Source: Clostridiales bacterium (GTDB lineage: Bacteria > Bacillota > Dehalobacteriia > UBA7702). Taken from it: a DNA stretch of 64,000 nt. The notes under the pieces were generated by a model, which saw only the letters and a list, made by a program, of their open reading frames with translations, did no database searches and was not told where the DNA came from. Numbering within the stretch: position 1 is the first letter of the stretch; each line of letters opens with the position of its first letter. The translations under genes were made by a program, and so were the position numbers. Below, one piece after another: positions 36,651 through 45,474 of this stretch. The stretch covers positions 28,067 through 92,066 of the forward strand of contig JAVXOZ010000005.1 in the NCBI GenBank assembly GCA_036644995.1. Reading direction: 5' to 3'.

Positions 36651-37068
36651 TGTTTTGCTCCTTAATACAATCTTGGCAATATCCGTAAAAAACTGTTTTT
36701 GATGAATCTATGGTAAAGCCATATTTTTCTTGGATTTCGCAATTTGCAGCAGCTAAAATTGGGGATTCCACATGAAAAAGTTGGTGGCAGCCACTGCATT
36801 TTAAGTGAAAATGTTCCTTGCAGATAGGGTTATCCCCACAGTATTGAAAACAAGCGGGGTAGCCTTCCTGGGTGATGTATTTTCGCACAATCCCCTCGTT
36901 AACCAAAACATCCATATATCTGTAAATTGTAGATTTGCCAATAGGTGTGCTTTCATCTTTAAAAGCTTCGGTTATATCATCCACGGTAATATGGTTATCT
37001 TGATTTTTCAGCAAAAAATCCATTATTCTATCTCGCTGTTTGGTATTGTAACGGCTTAATTTTTCCAT
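36640..37068 (-). CDS. zur: Fur family transcriptional regulator (Zur by context)
   Basis: 142 aa with a winged HTH and CxxC...CxxC (CSGC, CQDC). First gene of the znu operon. Confidence 0.75.
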   Translation of the reverse strand: MEKLSRYNTKQRDRIMDFLLKNQDNHITVDDITEAFKDESTPIGKSTIYRYMDVLVNEGIVRKYITQEGYPACFQYCGDNPICKEHFHLKCSGCHQLFHVESPILAAANCEIQEKYGFTIDSSKTVFYGYCQDCIKEQNNEK

Positions 37069-37106
37069 TGTTTACTCCTATTTAACTGAATTTGAAACCA
37101 GTTCCC

Positions 37107-37158
37107 ATTTTAAACCTAAATAAAGTCAATGTCAATATGAAATTGGGTTTCAATTTCA
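37107..37158 (-). promoter_or_regulatory. candidate zur-znu promoter plus adjacent 21-bp palindrome
   Basis: On the minus strand, TTGACA (37135-37130), 17 nt, TAAAAT (37112-37107). TGAAATTG-N5-CAATTTCA at 37138-37158 abuts the -35. Confidence 0.45.
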
Positions 37159-37263
37159 ATTTATTAAAATAATTTAAAATAACACAATTAAAAATTTCCC
37201 AAAAACACCATTGTTAAATATAAAAAACAACCGCAATTTTATTACCGAAGATAAACAGCAAAT

Positions 37264-37452
37264 AGATTACAAACTTACCTAACACAGGAGATTACAAACT
37301 TACCTAACGCAGGAGATTACAAACTTATCTAACGCAACAGATTGAAAACTTACCTAACACAGGAGATTGCAAATTATCGAACGCAACAGATTGAAAACTT
37401 AGCCAACGCAGTATTTTACTAAATTAGCCAAGGCAGGAAATTACTAAGGAGC
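37264..37452. repeat. degenerate tandem array, about seven 25-nt units
   Basis: Unit AGATTACAAACTTACCTAACRCAGG, decaying toward the right end. Confidence 0.85.
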
Positions 37453-37600
37453 AAAATCTATTTTAACCTACCGAAACCAAAACAAACTTTATCTAAAAAA
37501 GGCATATATATCTGGAATATCTGGAATATCTGGATATATATACATTAAAATTAAAATATATACCAATCTAAGCCAAATGCAACACCCTACCAAAAAGATA

Positions 37601-37630
37601 AAAAACACCGCCAAAAAAGCGGTGTTTTTT
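37601..37630. terminator. bidirectional intrinsic terminator
   Basis: AAAAACACCGC-CAAAAAA-GCGGTGTTTTT with T-runs on both strands. Confidence 0.8.
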
Positions 37631-37749
37631 ACTATCAACACATATTTATTTATACTAAATATTATAAATTACATGATATTAACCGAGGATTTTTGTTTAC
37701 ATTGGCTTGATAATCATTTTAGAAACAGCCTTAATAATAAACCAAATTA

Positions 37750-37980
37750 CCGCAAACAAGCCGCAACTCAGCAAACAAAACACTACGTTAAAGTTGGGTT
37801 TAGGGTTTAGGCTACTACTGTGCAAACAAACCACAACTCACCAAACAAGCCGCAACTCAGCAAACAAACCACTACTCCGCAAACAAAACACTACGTTAAA
37901 GTTGGGTTTAGGGTGTAGGCTACTACTGTGCAAACAAACCGCATTACATCAAACAAGCCACAACACATCAAATAAACCAA
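37750..37980. repeat. CAAACAA-rich repeat region with a 108-nt higher-order period
   Basis: The 62-nt blocks 37771-37832 and 37879-37940 are 61/62 identical and sit within CAAACAARCCRCAACTCA-type short repeats. Confidence 0.85.
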
Positions 37981-37989
37981 ATTACAGTA

Positions 37990-38637
37990 TCAGCTGCGAA
38001 TTTTTTCGGTAATACACGGCACAGCACTGGTTATGCCGTCCCCGGTGTTGGGTTTAGATATGGAATGGCAAAAATCCGCCACAAATAAGGTTACCAAAAT
38101 AAGGCACAAAGCTATTTCCATTTTAGGATTAATTTTGTGATACAGGTCATCAAAAAGCGGTGCCACAATATAAATAATGGCACAGCCGCCAACCCCAAAA
38201 AACACCGTTCCTTCCAAGCATATACGCCCATTAAGGTTTAAAAGATAGCCGCTGTAATCCCACCATTTAATATTGTAAAAGGATTCCATAAAATAGCTGG
38301 TAAAATACTCCACAGTGGCACAAAGTATCATAATTAAGAAAAAGGTGAGCACGGGTTTATCTATCCATTTTCTTAAAAGTAAAATCATTAAAACCCCACC
38401 TGAACCATAAATAGGCAGCCATGGGCCAAGCAAAAAACCACGGTTAATAAAAGTACCTTCAGTAAAATAGAACAACCCAACTTCCCAACACCAACCAATA
38501 AAGGCAAAGGAAAAGAATAATAATATCAGTGATTTTATTGAATATTTTTTATGGTAATCAAATTTAGGGAATTTTTTAGGCTTAACTTCAGCAATGGGAT
38601 ATAATTCCACAGGGTATTGCTCTATACATTGCTCCAT
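37990..38637 (-). CDS. putative ABC-transporter type IV family membrane protein (DUF1113-like)
   Basis: 215 aa, polytopic, with the GPWLPIYGSGG motif typical of that family. Confidence 0.6.
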   Translation of the reverse strand: MEQCIEQYPVELYPIAEVKPKKFPKFDYHKKYSIKSLILLFFSFAFIGWCWEVGLFYFTEGTFINRGFLLGPWLPIYGSGGVLMILLLRKWIDKPVLTFFLIMILCATVEYFTSYFMESFYNIKWWDYSGYLLNLNGRICLEGTVFFGVGGCAIIYIVAPLFDDLYHKINPKMEIALCLILVTLFVADFCHSISKPNTGDGITSAVPCITEKIRS

Positions 38638-38657
38638 AATATGTAATTTTCCTTCCT

Positions 38658-39632
38658 TTAATTATCCGCTTTTATGGCTTTAAGCTCATCAGCAGTGGGC
38701 AGTGCAGTAAGATATGGGTCGTTAAAATTATTGCTATATTCATAATTTTCAGCTATTGCAATTTGGCGTAAAGCTATATATAGCTCGGCTTGGGTAGCAG
38801 CCACATAGGAATTTACAAAAAACAAACCAACAATACCGGAAGTTAAAATTTCCAAACAAGTCCAACCAATAAAAGACATATCTAAAACAAAAGCCTGCCA
38901 TTTATTGCCATCCATCATTTTACGGGAAAGTGCAAAAGCCTCTTTCTTGCTGACCAAAGGATTTTCCGCCACGATAAAAGGAACCATTTTGTAAGAATAA
39001 AATTTAATGCACACCCCAACCACAGTAAGTGACCAAAGCCCTAAATACAAATCTCTAAAAAACAATATTTTAGCGGGATTCCAAATTTTTCTGATTTTAT
39101 ATAGATAAAGTATCCTGCTTATTCGGGTTTTACAGTATTTGCGATTTTCTAAAAAGAACCTGCACTCACCCACTTTTAGGATATTGCAAATAAACAATAT
39201 AAAAGCTATGTTTAATAAAGCACCAATCAAAATAGTAATTCCCACCCCAATTCTATCATTAAAAACTGCCTGATTAATGGAATTTAAAATGCCAAATATA
39301 AAAGACTTGGATTGGGTAATATTATTAAAAGCCGTGCCCAAAAATCCCTTGGTGCTTTCAATGGTTTTATGATAAAAAACATTATCCGAAATATTAACAA
39401 ATTTATCTAAATAATTGTTAACAATTTCCGAATTTGTTGTGGGCTTTTGCTCCACCACTACGCTATGGGGCAATTCATCACCTGTGTCATATTGGTGAAT
39501 TAAAATAGTAGACATGGGATACCTGCCTATTAAAATTGCCAAAATAAAACACACCGCAATGGCATACCAATAGTTCTTTTTTATTGCGGTTTTTGCATTT
39601 TGCTTTAATTCTTTTCTAATCCACATACCCAA
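38658..39632 (-). CDS. DUF975 family membrane protein
   Basis: N-terminus IRKELKQNAKTAIKKNYW and the TM layout are typical of DUF975. Confidence 0.6.
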   Translation of the reverse strand: MGMWIRKELKQNAKTAIKKNYWYAIAVCFILAILIGRYPMSTILIHQYDTGDELPHSVVVEQKPTTNSEIVNNYLDKFVNISDNVFYHKTIESTKGFLGTAFNNITQSKSFIFGILNSINQAVFNDRIGVGITILIGALLNIAFILFICNILKVGECRFFLENRKYCKTRISRILYLYKIRKIWNPAKILFFRDLYLGLWSLTVVGVCIKFYSYKMVPFIVAENPLVSKKEAFALSRKMMDGNKWQAFVLDMSFIGWTCLEILTSGIVGLFFVNSYVAATQAELYIALRQIAIAENYEYSNNFNDPYLTALPTADELKAIKADN

Positions 39633-39650
39633 TGTTTTCCCCCTTATTTA

Positions 39651-41480
39651 TTACGATTTTTTCGGTAAAAAATAATTTATAATAAAAGCAACACCATCAT
39701 TAACACCATCGCCATAAATCATTTCTCTGGCAACTACCGGGTTATCCGTTACTATGCTATCCACCCCTAAATCAATTATTTTCCTCATATTTTCTTCATT
39801 ATTTACTGTCCAAGCGTAAAGGTCTTTACCTTCTGCGTGAACATTTTTCACCATTTCCGGTGTGATAAATGAAGATTCAATGCTAAAGCCATCGGCAAAT
39901 TCCATCTGTGAAATGCCACCGTATGCCACAGCCATAAGGAAAACCGTTTTAATATTCGGGTCTATTTTTTTAACATTTTCCAAGGCAGGGGCATTAAGGG
40001 AAGAAACCACGCAATCCCTTTTAAAATTATTATCATTGATAATATCTATAACCATTTGTTCATAATTAGTTTCGTTGCCATTGGGTTTTAACTCAATATT
40101 CAGCTTAATTTTGCCTTTACACGCTTTTATTACTTCATCCAATGTAGATATACGCACATAATCAAATTTTGGGTCAAACCAACTGCCCACATCTATTTCT
40201 TGGAGTTCATCATAGTTAATATCCCAGATATTGATATCCTTACCGGAAATTCGCTTTAAATTATCATCGTGCATCACAACTATAATCCCATCTTTGGTTT
40301 GATGAACATCTAATTCCGCATAATCTGCCAAATTTTTAATGGCACTTTTAAAGGCAGGCATGGTATTTTCCGGAGCCTTAACAGAATCCCCTCTATGGGC
40401 AGTGATTTCAGGATGATTTAATAATTGCACATTTGAGCTTATATGGTTTAAAGTGGCAATGCCAATATAAGCACCGTTAATAGCAACGGCAACCACCACC
40501 AAGATAATGGCAAATTTTGTTTTTAAAGGTTTTTTACCGGGAGGTACAGGCACATTATAAGGTGCAATATTTTCACCCATTTGTTCTTTGCGATAATAAA
40601 AAACCGAGCTGATATAGGCAAAGACAATGGGCACAGAAAATAAACCCCCCACCGCTGTTATAATGGCTAATACTATACTTGCCACTGTTAAAGCGGCAGA
40701 ATATGCCACATGAGCACTGCAAAAAATCTTAACACCGAGAATTATTAATCCCAAGCAAATTACCGAGAATAAAAACAGCAATAAAGCAATGGCAATATTC
40801 CAGATAAAAAGACCCAAAACCGAGGATATATAGTGACCTTTTATCAATTTAACGCTATCTTTACGTGCTTGGCTAAAATTATCCGATTCCAAAGTGAAAT
40901 AATGTATGCTAAAAATCCAGCGTATGGCAAGGAGTATAAGCCCAAACATTAATAAAGTAAATAAACTCAGCAATAAAGCATTGGCAACAATAAAATCCAT
41001 AATAAATTCAGGGATAGCAAGCCCTGAAATAAACCCAGAAACCAGTGTAAAATTAGTTATGGGAATAATAAACACCACAAAAACAATTAAAAGCCAATTT
41101 TTCTTTTGAAAAAATTTCTTGGCGGAATAATAGCCAATGCGAAACATTTCTCTGGCGGATATTTTTATATTGTAAAAAGAACCGTGAAAACATTGTATTA
41201 TCGCCGTCATTTCTATAAGGGTAAAAAAGGTTATTCCTATAAAAATAACAATTATAAATAATATAGTAATAGGGTCGGTTAAAAAATCCGGTAAATTTTT
41301 ATTGGATAAATAGCTTAATCCCGATATTTTTAAGGAAAGATTAAATAGCCCTACCAAAAGCGGAGTAAATATGGTAATTGTAAATAATTTATACAATAAT
41401 TCAAAAATCAACAGTGCTTTAAAATTTGTTTTTAACAAGCCCAAAGCATACTTAAACTCCTGCAAATTCCCCACCCCCAA
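39651..41480 (-). CDS. glycerophosphodiester phosphodiesterase with an N-terminal polytopic membrane domain
   Basis: The C-terminal GDPD domain has HRGDSVKAPENT and ELDVHQTKDG. The N-terminal ~330 aa are multi-TM. Confidence 0.8.
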   Translation of the reverse strand: MGVGNLQEFKYALGLLKTNFKALLIFELLYKLFTITIFTPLLVGLFNLSLKISGLSYLSNKNLPDFLTDPITILFIIVIFIGITFFTLIEMTAIIQCFHGSFYNIKISAREMFRIGYYSAKKFFQKKNWLLIVFVVFIIPITNFTLVSGFISGLAIPEFIMDFIVANALLLSLFTLLMFGLILLAIRWIFSIHYFTLESDNFSQARKDSVKLIKGHYISSVLGLFIWNIAIALLLFLFSVICLGLIILGVKIFCSAHVAYSAALTVASIVLAIITAVGGLFSVPIVFAYISSVFYYRKEQMGENIAPYNVPVPPGKKPLKTKFAIILVVVAVAINGAYIGIATLNHISSNVQLLNHPEITAHRGDSVKAPENTMPAFKSAIKNLADYAELDVHQTKDGIIVVMHDDNLKRISGKDINIWDINYDELQEIDVGSWFDPKFDYVRISTLDEVIKACKGKIKLNIELKPNGNETNYEQMVIDIINDNNFKRDCVVSSLNAPALENVKKIDPNIKTVFLMAVAYGGISQMEFADGFSIESSFITPEMVKNVHAEGKDLYAWTVNNEENMRKIIDLGVDSIVTDNPVVAREMIYGDGVNDGVAFIINYFLPKKS

Positions 41481-41725
41481 ATATAAAAATACATCAATAG
41501 TATAACATTTTGTCCACTTAAAATAAACAGTATTTTAAAAAAGTTTACATAATTTTACATAATTTTTTTATTTAATACTATTTATGACTTTTATTTCTAT
41601 TAATTTTAATTTGCCATTATTTTAACTTTAATTTATATTTAAGGTAATAGTTAAGGATATAGACTAAATATTTTTGGGACAAGGAGTTAAAATATCCGAA
41701 AAACTGCAATTTTAGGGCAAAAAAA

Positions 41726-41743
41726 ACAGCGGTATAAACCGCT
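41726..41743 (-). terminator. intrinsic terminator closing structured element copy B
   Basis: CAGCGGT-loop-ACCGCTG followed by T8 on the minus strand. Confidence 0.75.
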
Positions 41744-41774
41744 GGCAGATTGTTAAAAAACATAGTTTTTTGGC

Positions 41775-41906
41775 AAGATGTTAGGCTGTTAAGAAAGACT
41801 TAGATTCGGTAAAACTCCCTGAACAGCGGCTGTGCAGTGTACCTAAATGTACATAAGCAGTCGATGAGAAGGGATTTTGCCGAATATCAGACTTTATCAA
41901 CAGCCT
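41775..41906 (-). repeat. rod-like structured intergenic element, copy B
   Basis: About 87% identical to copy A. AGGCTGTT/AACAGCCT closing helix. Flanked by near-identical hairpins at 41726-41743 and 41908-41926. Confidence 0.8.
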
Positions 41907-41934
41907 AAACAGCGGTATAAGCCGCCGAGGTGTT

Positions 41935-42092
41935 TGGGGTTTTGGCTGTGAGATGGGGTTTAGCTGTGAGATGGGTTTTATCTACAAAATGGGGGTTTAG
42001 CTGCGAGATGGGGTTTAGCTGTGAGATGGGTTTTATCTACAAAATGGGGTTTGGTTGCAAGATACCATTTATCTACAAATAATGGGTTTTGG
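41935..42092. repeat. degenerate tandem array, about nine 18-19-nt units
   Basis: The units GGGGTTTAGCTGTGAGATG and GGTTTTATCTACAAAATG alternate, giving a ~56-nt higher-order period. Confidence 0.85.
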
Positions 42093-42245
42093 ATAAAGGT
42101 TGAAAACATCTAAACACCCAAAGTAAGAACTTCTTCTGTATTTAGATATAAAAGTTCCAAGTTTGGTTTTAGCTGTTCTCAGCCTTAATCCACAGCCGCA
42201 AAAGCTTTTACGCAATTAGTAAAAGCTTTTTTCATTTTATATTTA

Positions 42246-43472
42246 TTAATTTAATTTTTTCATTTTGCGGTTATTGCCAAATTCTGCCACAGCGGTAAAT
42301 AACACATCCGATGATGAATTTAAAGCGGTTTCGCAGGAATCCTGCACCACGCCTACAATAAAGCCAACACCCACCACCTGCATGGCAATGTCGTTAGGGA
42401 TGCCAAACAAGCTGCAAGCCAAAGGTATTAAAAGCAGAGAACCACCTGCAACACCCGAAGCACCACAAGCACTTATGGCGGAAAGCACACTTAAAATAAT
42501 AGCCGTAGGCATATCTACACTAATGCCCAAAGTGTAGGTTGCCGCCAAGGTAAGGGTGGCAATGGTAACTGCGGCACCTGCCATATTAATGGTAGCACCC
42601 AAGGGTATGGATATGGCATAAGTATCTTTATCCAAGCCCAATTCCTCACAAAGGCTCATATTAACAGGGATATTTGCCGCTGAACTCCGAGTAAAAAACG
42701 CTGTAATACCACTTTGCTTTAAACATTTAAAAACCAAAGGATAAGGATTTTTACGGATATTAATAAATGCGATAAGTGGATTTACCACCAAAGCAATAAA
42801 TGCCATAATCCCAACCAACAATATAATCAATCTGCCATAGGTAAAAAGAATTTTTAAACCACTGGTGGAAATGGCGGTAAAAACCAAACCCATAATACCC
42901 AAAGGTGCAAATTTAATAACCCACCGCACAATTTGAGAAATACCCTCTGCAAAATCGGAGATTACATTTTTTGTGCCATCTGAGGCGAATTTTAAAGCCA
43001 AGCCCAGCAAAATTGCCCAAGCTAAAATTCCAATATAATTGGCATCACCAATGGCACTTATGGGATTATCAACTATTTTAAAAACCAGAGATTGCAAAAC
43101 TTCCAATATACCTTCGGGTGGAGCAACATCCTGAACCCCGGCGGTTAAAACCAATTTTACTTTAAAAATGTTGCTGACAACCACTGCCACTAATCCTGCC
43201 ATAAAAGTGCTGATGGCATAAAGACAAATAATGGATTTCATATTGGTTTTTTGCCCCTGTTTATGTTTGGATATTGCAGCCATAACCAAAAACAAAACCA
43301 AAATTGGGGCTACTGCTTTTAATGCACCCACAAAAAGCTCCCCAAAGATGCCAAGACCCGATAATTGTTTGGGGAAAAATATAGCCAAAACAATACCCAC
43401 TGCCAAACCAATAATAATTTGTTTTACCAAACTTATTTTGTTCCATTTACCCAATAGTTTTTTAAAAAACAT
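42246..43472 (-). CDS. sstT: serine/threonine transporter SstT (DAACS family)
   Basis: 408 aa with SstT-like sequence throughout. Confidence 0.85.
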   Translation of the reverse strand: MFFKKLLGKWNKISLVKQIIIGLAVGIVLAIFFPKQLSGLGIFGELFVGALKAVAPILVLFLVMAAISKHKQGQKTNMKSIICLYAISTFMAGLVAVVVSNIFKVKLVLTAGVQDVAPPEGILEVLQSLVFKIVDNPISAIGDANYIGILAWAILLGLALKFASDGTKNVISDFAEGISQIVRWVIKFAPLGIMGLVFTAISTSGLKILFTYGRLIILLVGIMAFIALVVNPLIAFINIRKNPYPLVFKCLKQSGITAFFTRSSAANIPVNMSLCEELGLDKDTYAISIPLGATINMAGAAVTIATLTLAATYTLGISVDMPTAIILSVLSAISACGASGVAGGSLLLIPLACSLFGIPNDIAMQVVGVGFIVGVVQDSCETALNSSSDVLFTAVAEFGNNRKMKKLN

Positions 43473-43724
43473 TTATATTTCCTTCCAATACTTATACCGC
43501 ATTTTTTATGTGGCAAAACAAGTATTTTTTTATTATTATCTTCTTTAATTTAATATATCCCAAAATTTTAATTAAACAAACGCACCCTACTTATAATAAC
43601 ACAAAATATCAAATAAGCAATAAAATATTTATGGAAATTTTGGTGCTGTGCCTAAATTTAATTATATTGAGGCAAATTGTAAAAAAATGTAATTTAGCTT
43701 AAAATGATATATTAAAAAAAGCTT

Positions 43725-43818
43725 AAACCCTTATAATCTAAATTAAACCACTGTTAAACCCTTATAATCTAAATTAAACCACTGTTAAACCCTTTATAAT
43801 CTAAATTAAACCACTGTT
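43725..43818. repeat. three near-perfect 31-nt direct repeats upstream of sstT
   Basis: AAACCCTTATAATCTAAATTAAACCACTGTT three times. The third copy has a 1-nt insertion. Confidence 0.9.
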
Positions 43819-43867
43819 TGATGTAATGAAATATACATAAATTAGGAAATTTATACCCAAAATAAAA

Positions 43868-43900
43868 AACTGCACTTCACCTTTAAGGTGAAATACAGTT
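43868..43900 (-). terminator. intrinsic terminator of the CODH operon
   Basis: A 13-bp stem whose two mismatches become G-U pairs only on the minus strand, followed by TTTTTTATTTT. Confidence 0.7.
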
Positions 43901-43920
43901 TCTTTTTTTATTTAAGTTTT

Positions 43921-44186
43921 AATGTGAGATTGGGTTAAGTTGGTATTTTCATTGGGTTTTAACTTAGGATTGGGTTAAATTGGTATTACCATTGGGTTTT
44001 AATGTAGGATTGAGGTAAGTTGGCATTTTCATTGGGTTTTAACTTAGGATTTGGGTAAGTTGGTATTACCATTGGGTTTTAATGTAGGATTGAGGTAAGT
44101 TGGTATTTTCATTGGGTTTTAACTTAGGATTGGGTTAAGTTTGTATCTTCATTGGGTTTTAACTTGAAAATTTAGGCTTGGGTTTT
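43921..44186. repeat. degenerate tandem array, about 6.5 units of about 41 nt
   Basis: Unit AACTTAGGATTGGGTTAAGTTGGTATTTTCATTGGGTTTT with alternating subtypes (81-nt higher order). Lies between the oxidoreductase stop and the terminator. Confidence 0.9.
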
Positions 44187-44241
44187 AAATTTCCATTTAA
44201 GTGTTAGGGTTAATTTTATTTTAAAATTTAGCTCCTTAAAA

Positions 44242-45474
44242 TCAGTTATTTTCCGCAACTTTCAGGGCTGCAAATCCATTTTCCAAAATGTCCATACATT
44301 GCTCAAAGCTACATTTTTCTCCTAATCTACCCATTAATATACCTGCATTGGCAACTTTGCCCACTAAAATAAAACCTGTGAGCCTGCCATCTGCAAAAAC
44401 GCATTTTTGATAAATGTTCCGCTCCCCACAAAGGTAATGCTCCTCAACAGAACCGGGGATTTTTTCACGGCTATCACCGCCGCAAATTGCATTTAATCCG
44501 AAAAAGTGCAAACTGTTCATGGAAACAGAACCTAAAAATTCAAGATTATCCCCTGCCATATTGGCACCGGCAATTTCCCCTTGCTCTGTGGCAATGGGCC
44601 AAATGGCATAAAGTGAGGGTTTTCCCGTTAATTTATCAAAACTTGTGGCAACATCACCTGCGGCATAAACATCCTTAACCGTAGTACGCATATATTTATC
44701 CACCTTAATGCCATTGCCTGCCAATTCAATTTCTTGGGGTAAAAATTCAGTATTGGGCACCACGCCTTTACCCATAAACACCACATCACACTGGATTTCT
44801 TCACCATTTGTCAGCTCCAAAGTTTTGTGGGTAAAATGATGATGGAGTTTTTTGGCACTGGCACCTAAAATAAATTTAACTCCGTTATCTTTCAAGCGTT
44901 CCATAATTAAATCCGCACCGATTTTATCAAATTGTTGGGAGAGAATATTTTGTGAAGTAACAACTATGGTTACATCTACACCATTTTCCCCTAAGGCACC
45001 TGCTGTTTTTAAGCTTACCAAACCACCGCCTAACACAACTACCCTATTTTTGCCTTTTTTTACCTGTGCCATTAAATTTTTGGCATGTTCCATGGTGCGC
45101 ATTAGGTAAATATCGCTTTCTCTGGCACCTTCAATGGAGCCACGGGTTGCCGAAGCACCACTGGCTATAAGCAATTTATCGTAATTTACAACCTCGCCAC
45201 CTTTTAACTGCACAAGTTTTTCCGCCACAGAAATACCTGTAACTCTAACTCCGCCTTTAAATTTTATACGGTTTTTTTCATAATAGTCATCGGGGCGTAT
45301 ATACATACCATTTTCACTAATTTGCCCGGATAAATAATAGGTAGTAAGACAACGTGAATAGACTTTTTCCTTTTCCGTGCTAAGGATTTCAATTTCCCCT
45401 TCTTTATCACGTTCTCTTATGGCATCAGCGGCAAATACCCCTGCTGCACTGTTGCCGATTATTAAATATTTCAT
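44242..45474 (-). CDS. FAD-dependent pyridine nucleotide-disulfide oxidoreductase (CODH-associated)
   Basis: 410 aa with GNSAAG and GGGLVSLK dinucleotide folds. Start overlaps the cooS stop. Confidence 0.8.
   Translation of the reverse strand: MKYLIIGNSAAGVFAADAIRERDKEGEIEILSTEKEKVYSRCLTTYYLSGQISENGMYIRPDDYYEKNRIKFKGGVRVTGISVAEKLVQLKGGEVVNYDKLLIASGASATRGSIEGARESDIYLMRTMEHAKNLMAQVKKGKNRVVVLGGGLVSLKTAGALGENGVDVTIVVTSQNILSQQFDKIGADLIMERLKDNGVKFILGASAKKLHHHFTHKTLELTNGEEIQCDVVFMGKGVVPNTEFLPQEIELAGNGIKVDKYMRTTVKDVYAAGDVATSFDKLTGKPSLYAIWPIATEQGEIAGANMAGDNLEFLGSVSMNSLHFFGLNAICGGDSREKIPGSVEEHYLCGERNIYQKCVFADGRLTGFILVGKVANAGILMGRLGEKCSFEQCMDILENGFAALKVAENN

Noticed and set aside
37577-38012. Track ORFs 37577..37810 and 37707..38012 (+)
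   Set aside because: They lie entirely in CAAACAA-type repeats, give low-complexity translations, have no RBS, and span a bidirectional terminator region.
41775-41906. The rod element as 6S RNA or SRP/4.5S RNA
   Set aside because: The minus-strand 5' end AAAGUCUGAU resembles my memory of the start of Bacillus 6S-1, and the fold is rod-like. However, the element is only about 135 nt, lacks an obvious large central bubble or the SRP domain IV motif, and occurs three times. I left this as something to test with cmsearch and make no call.
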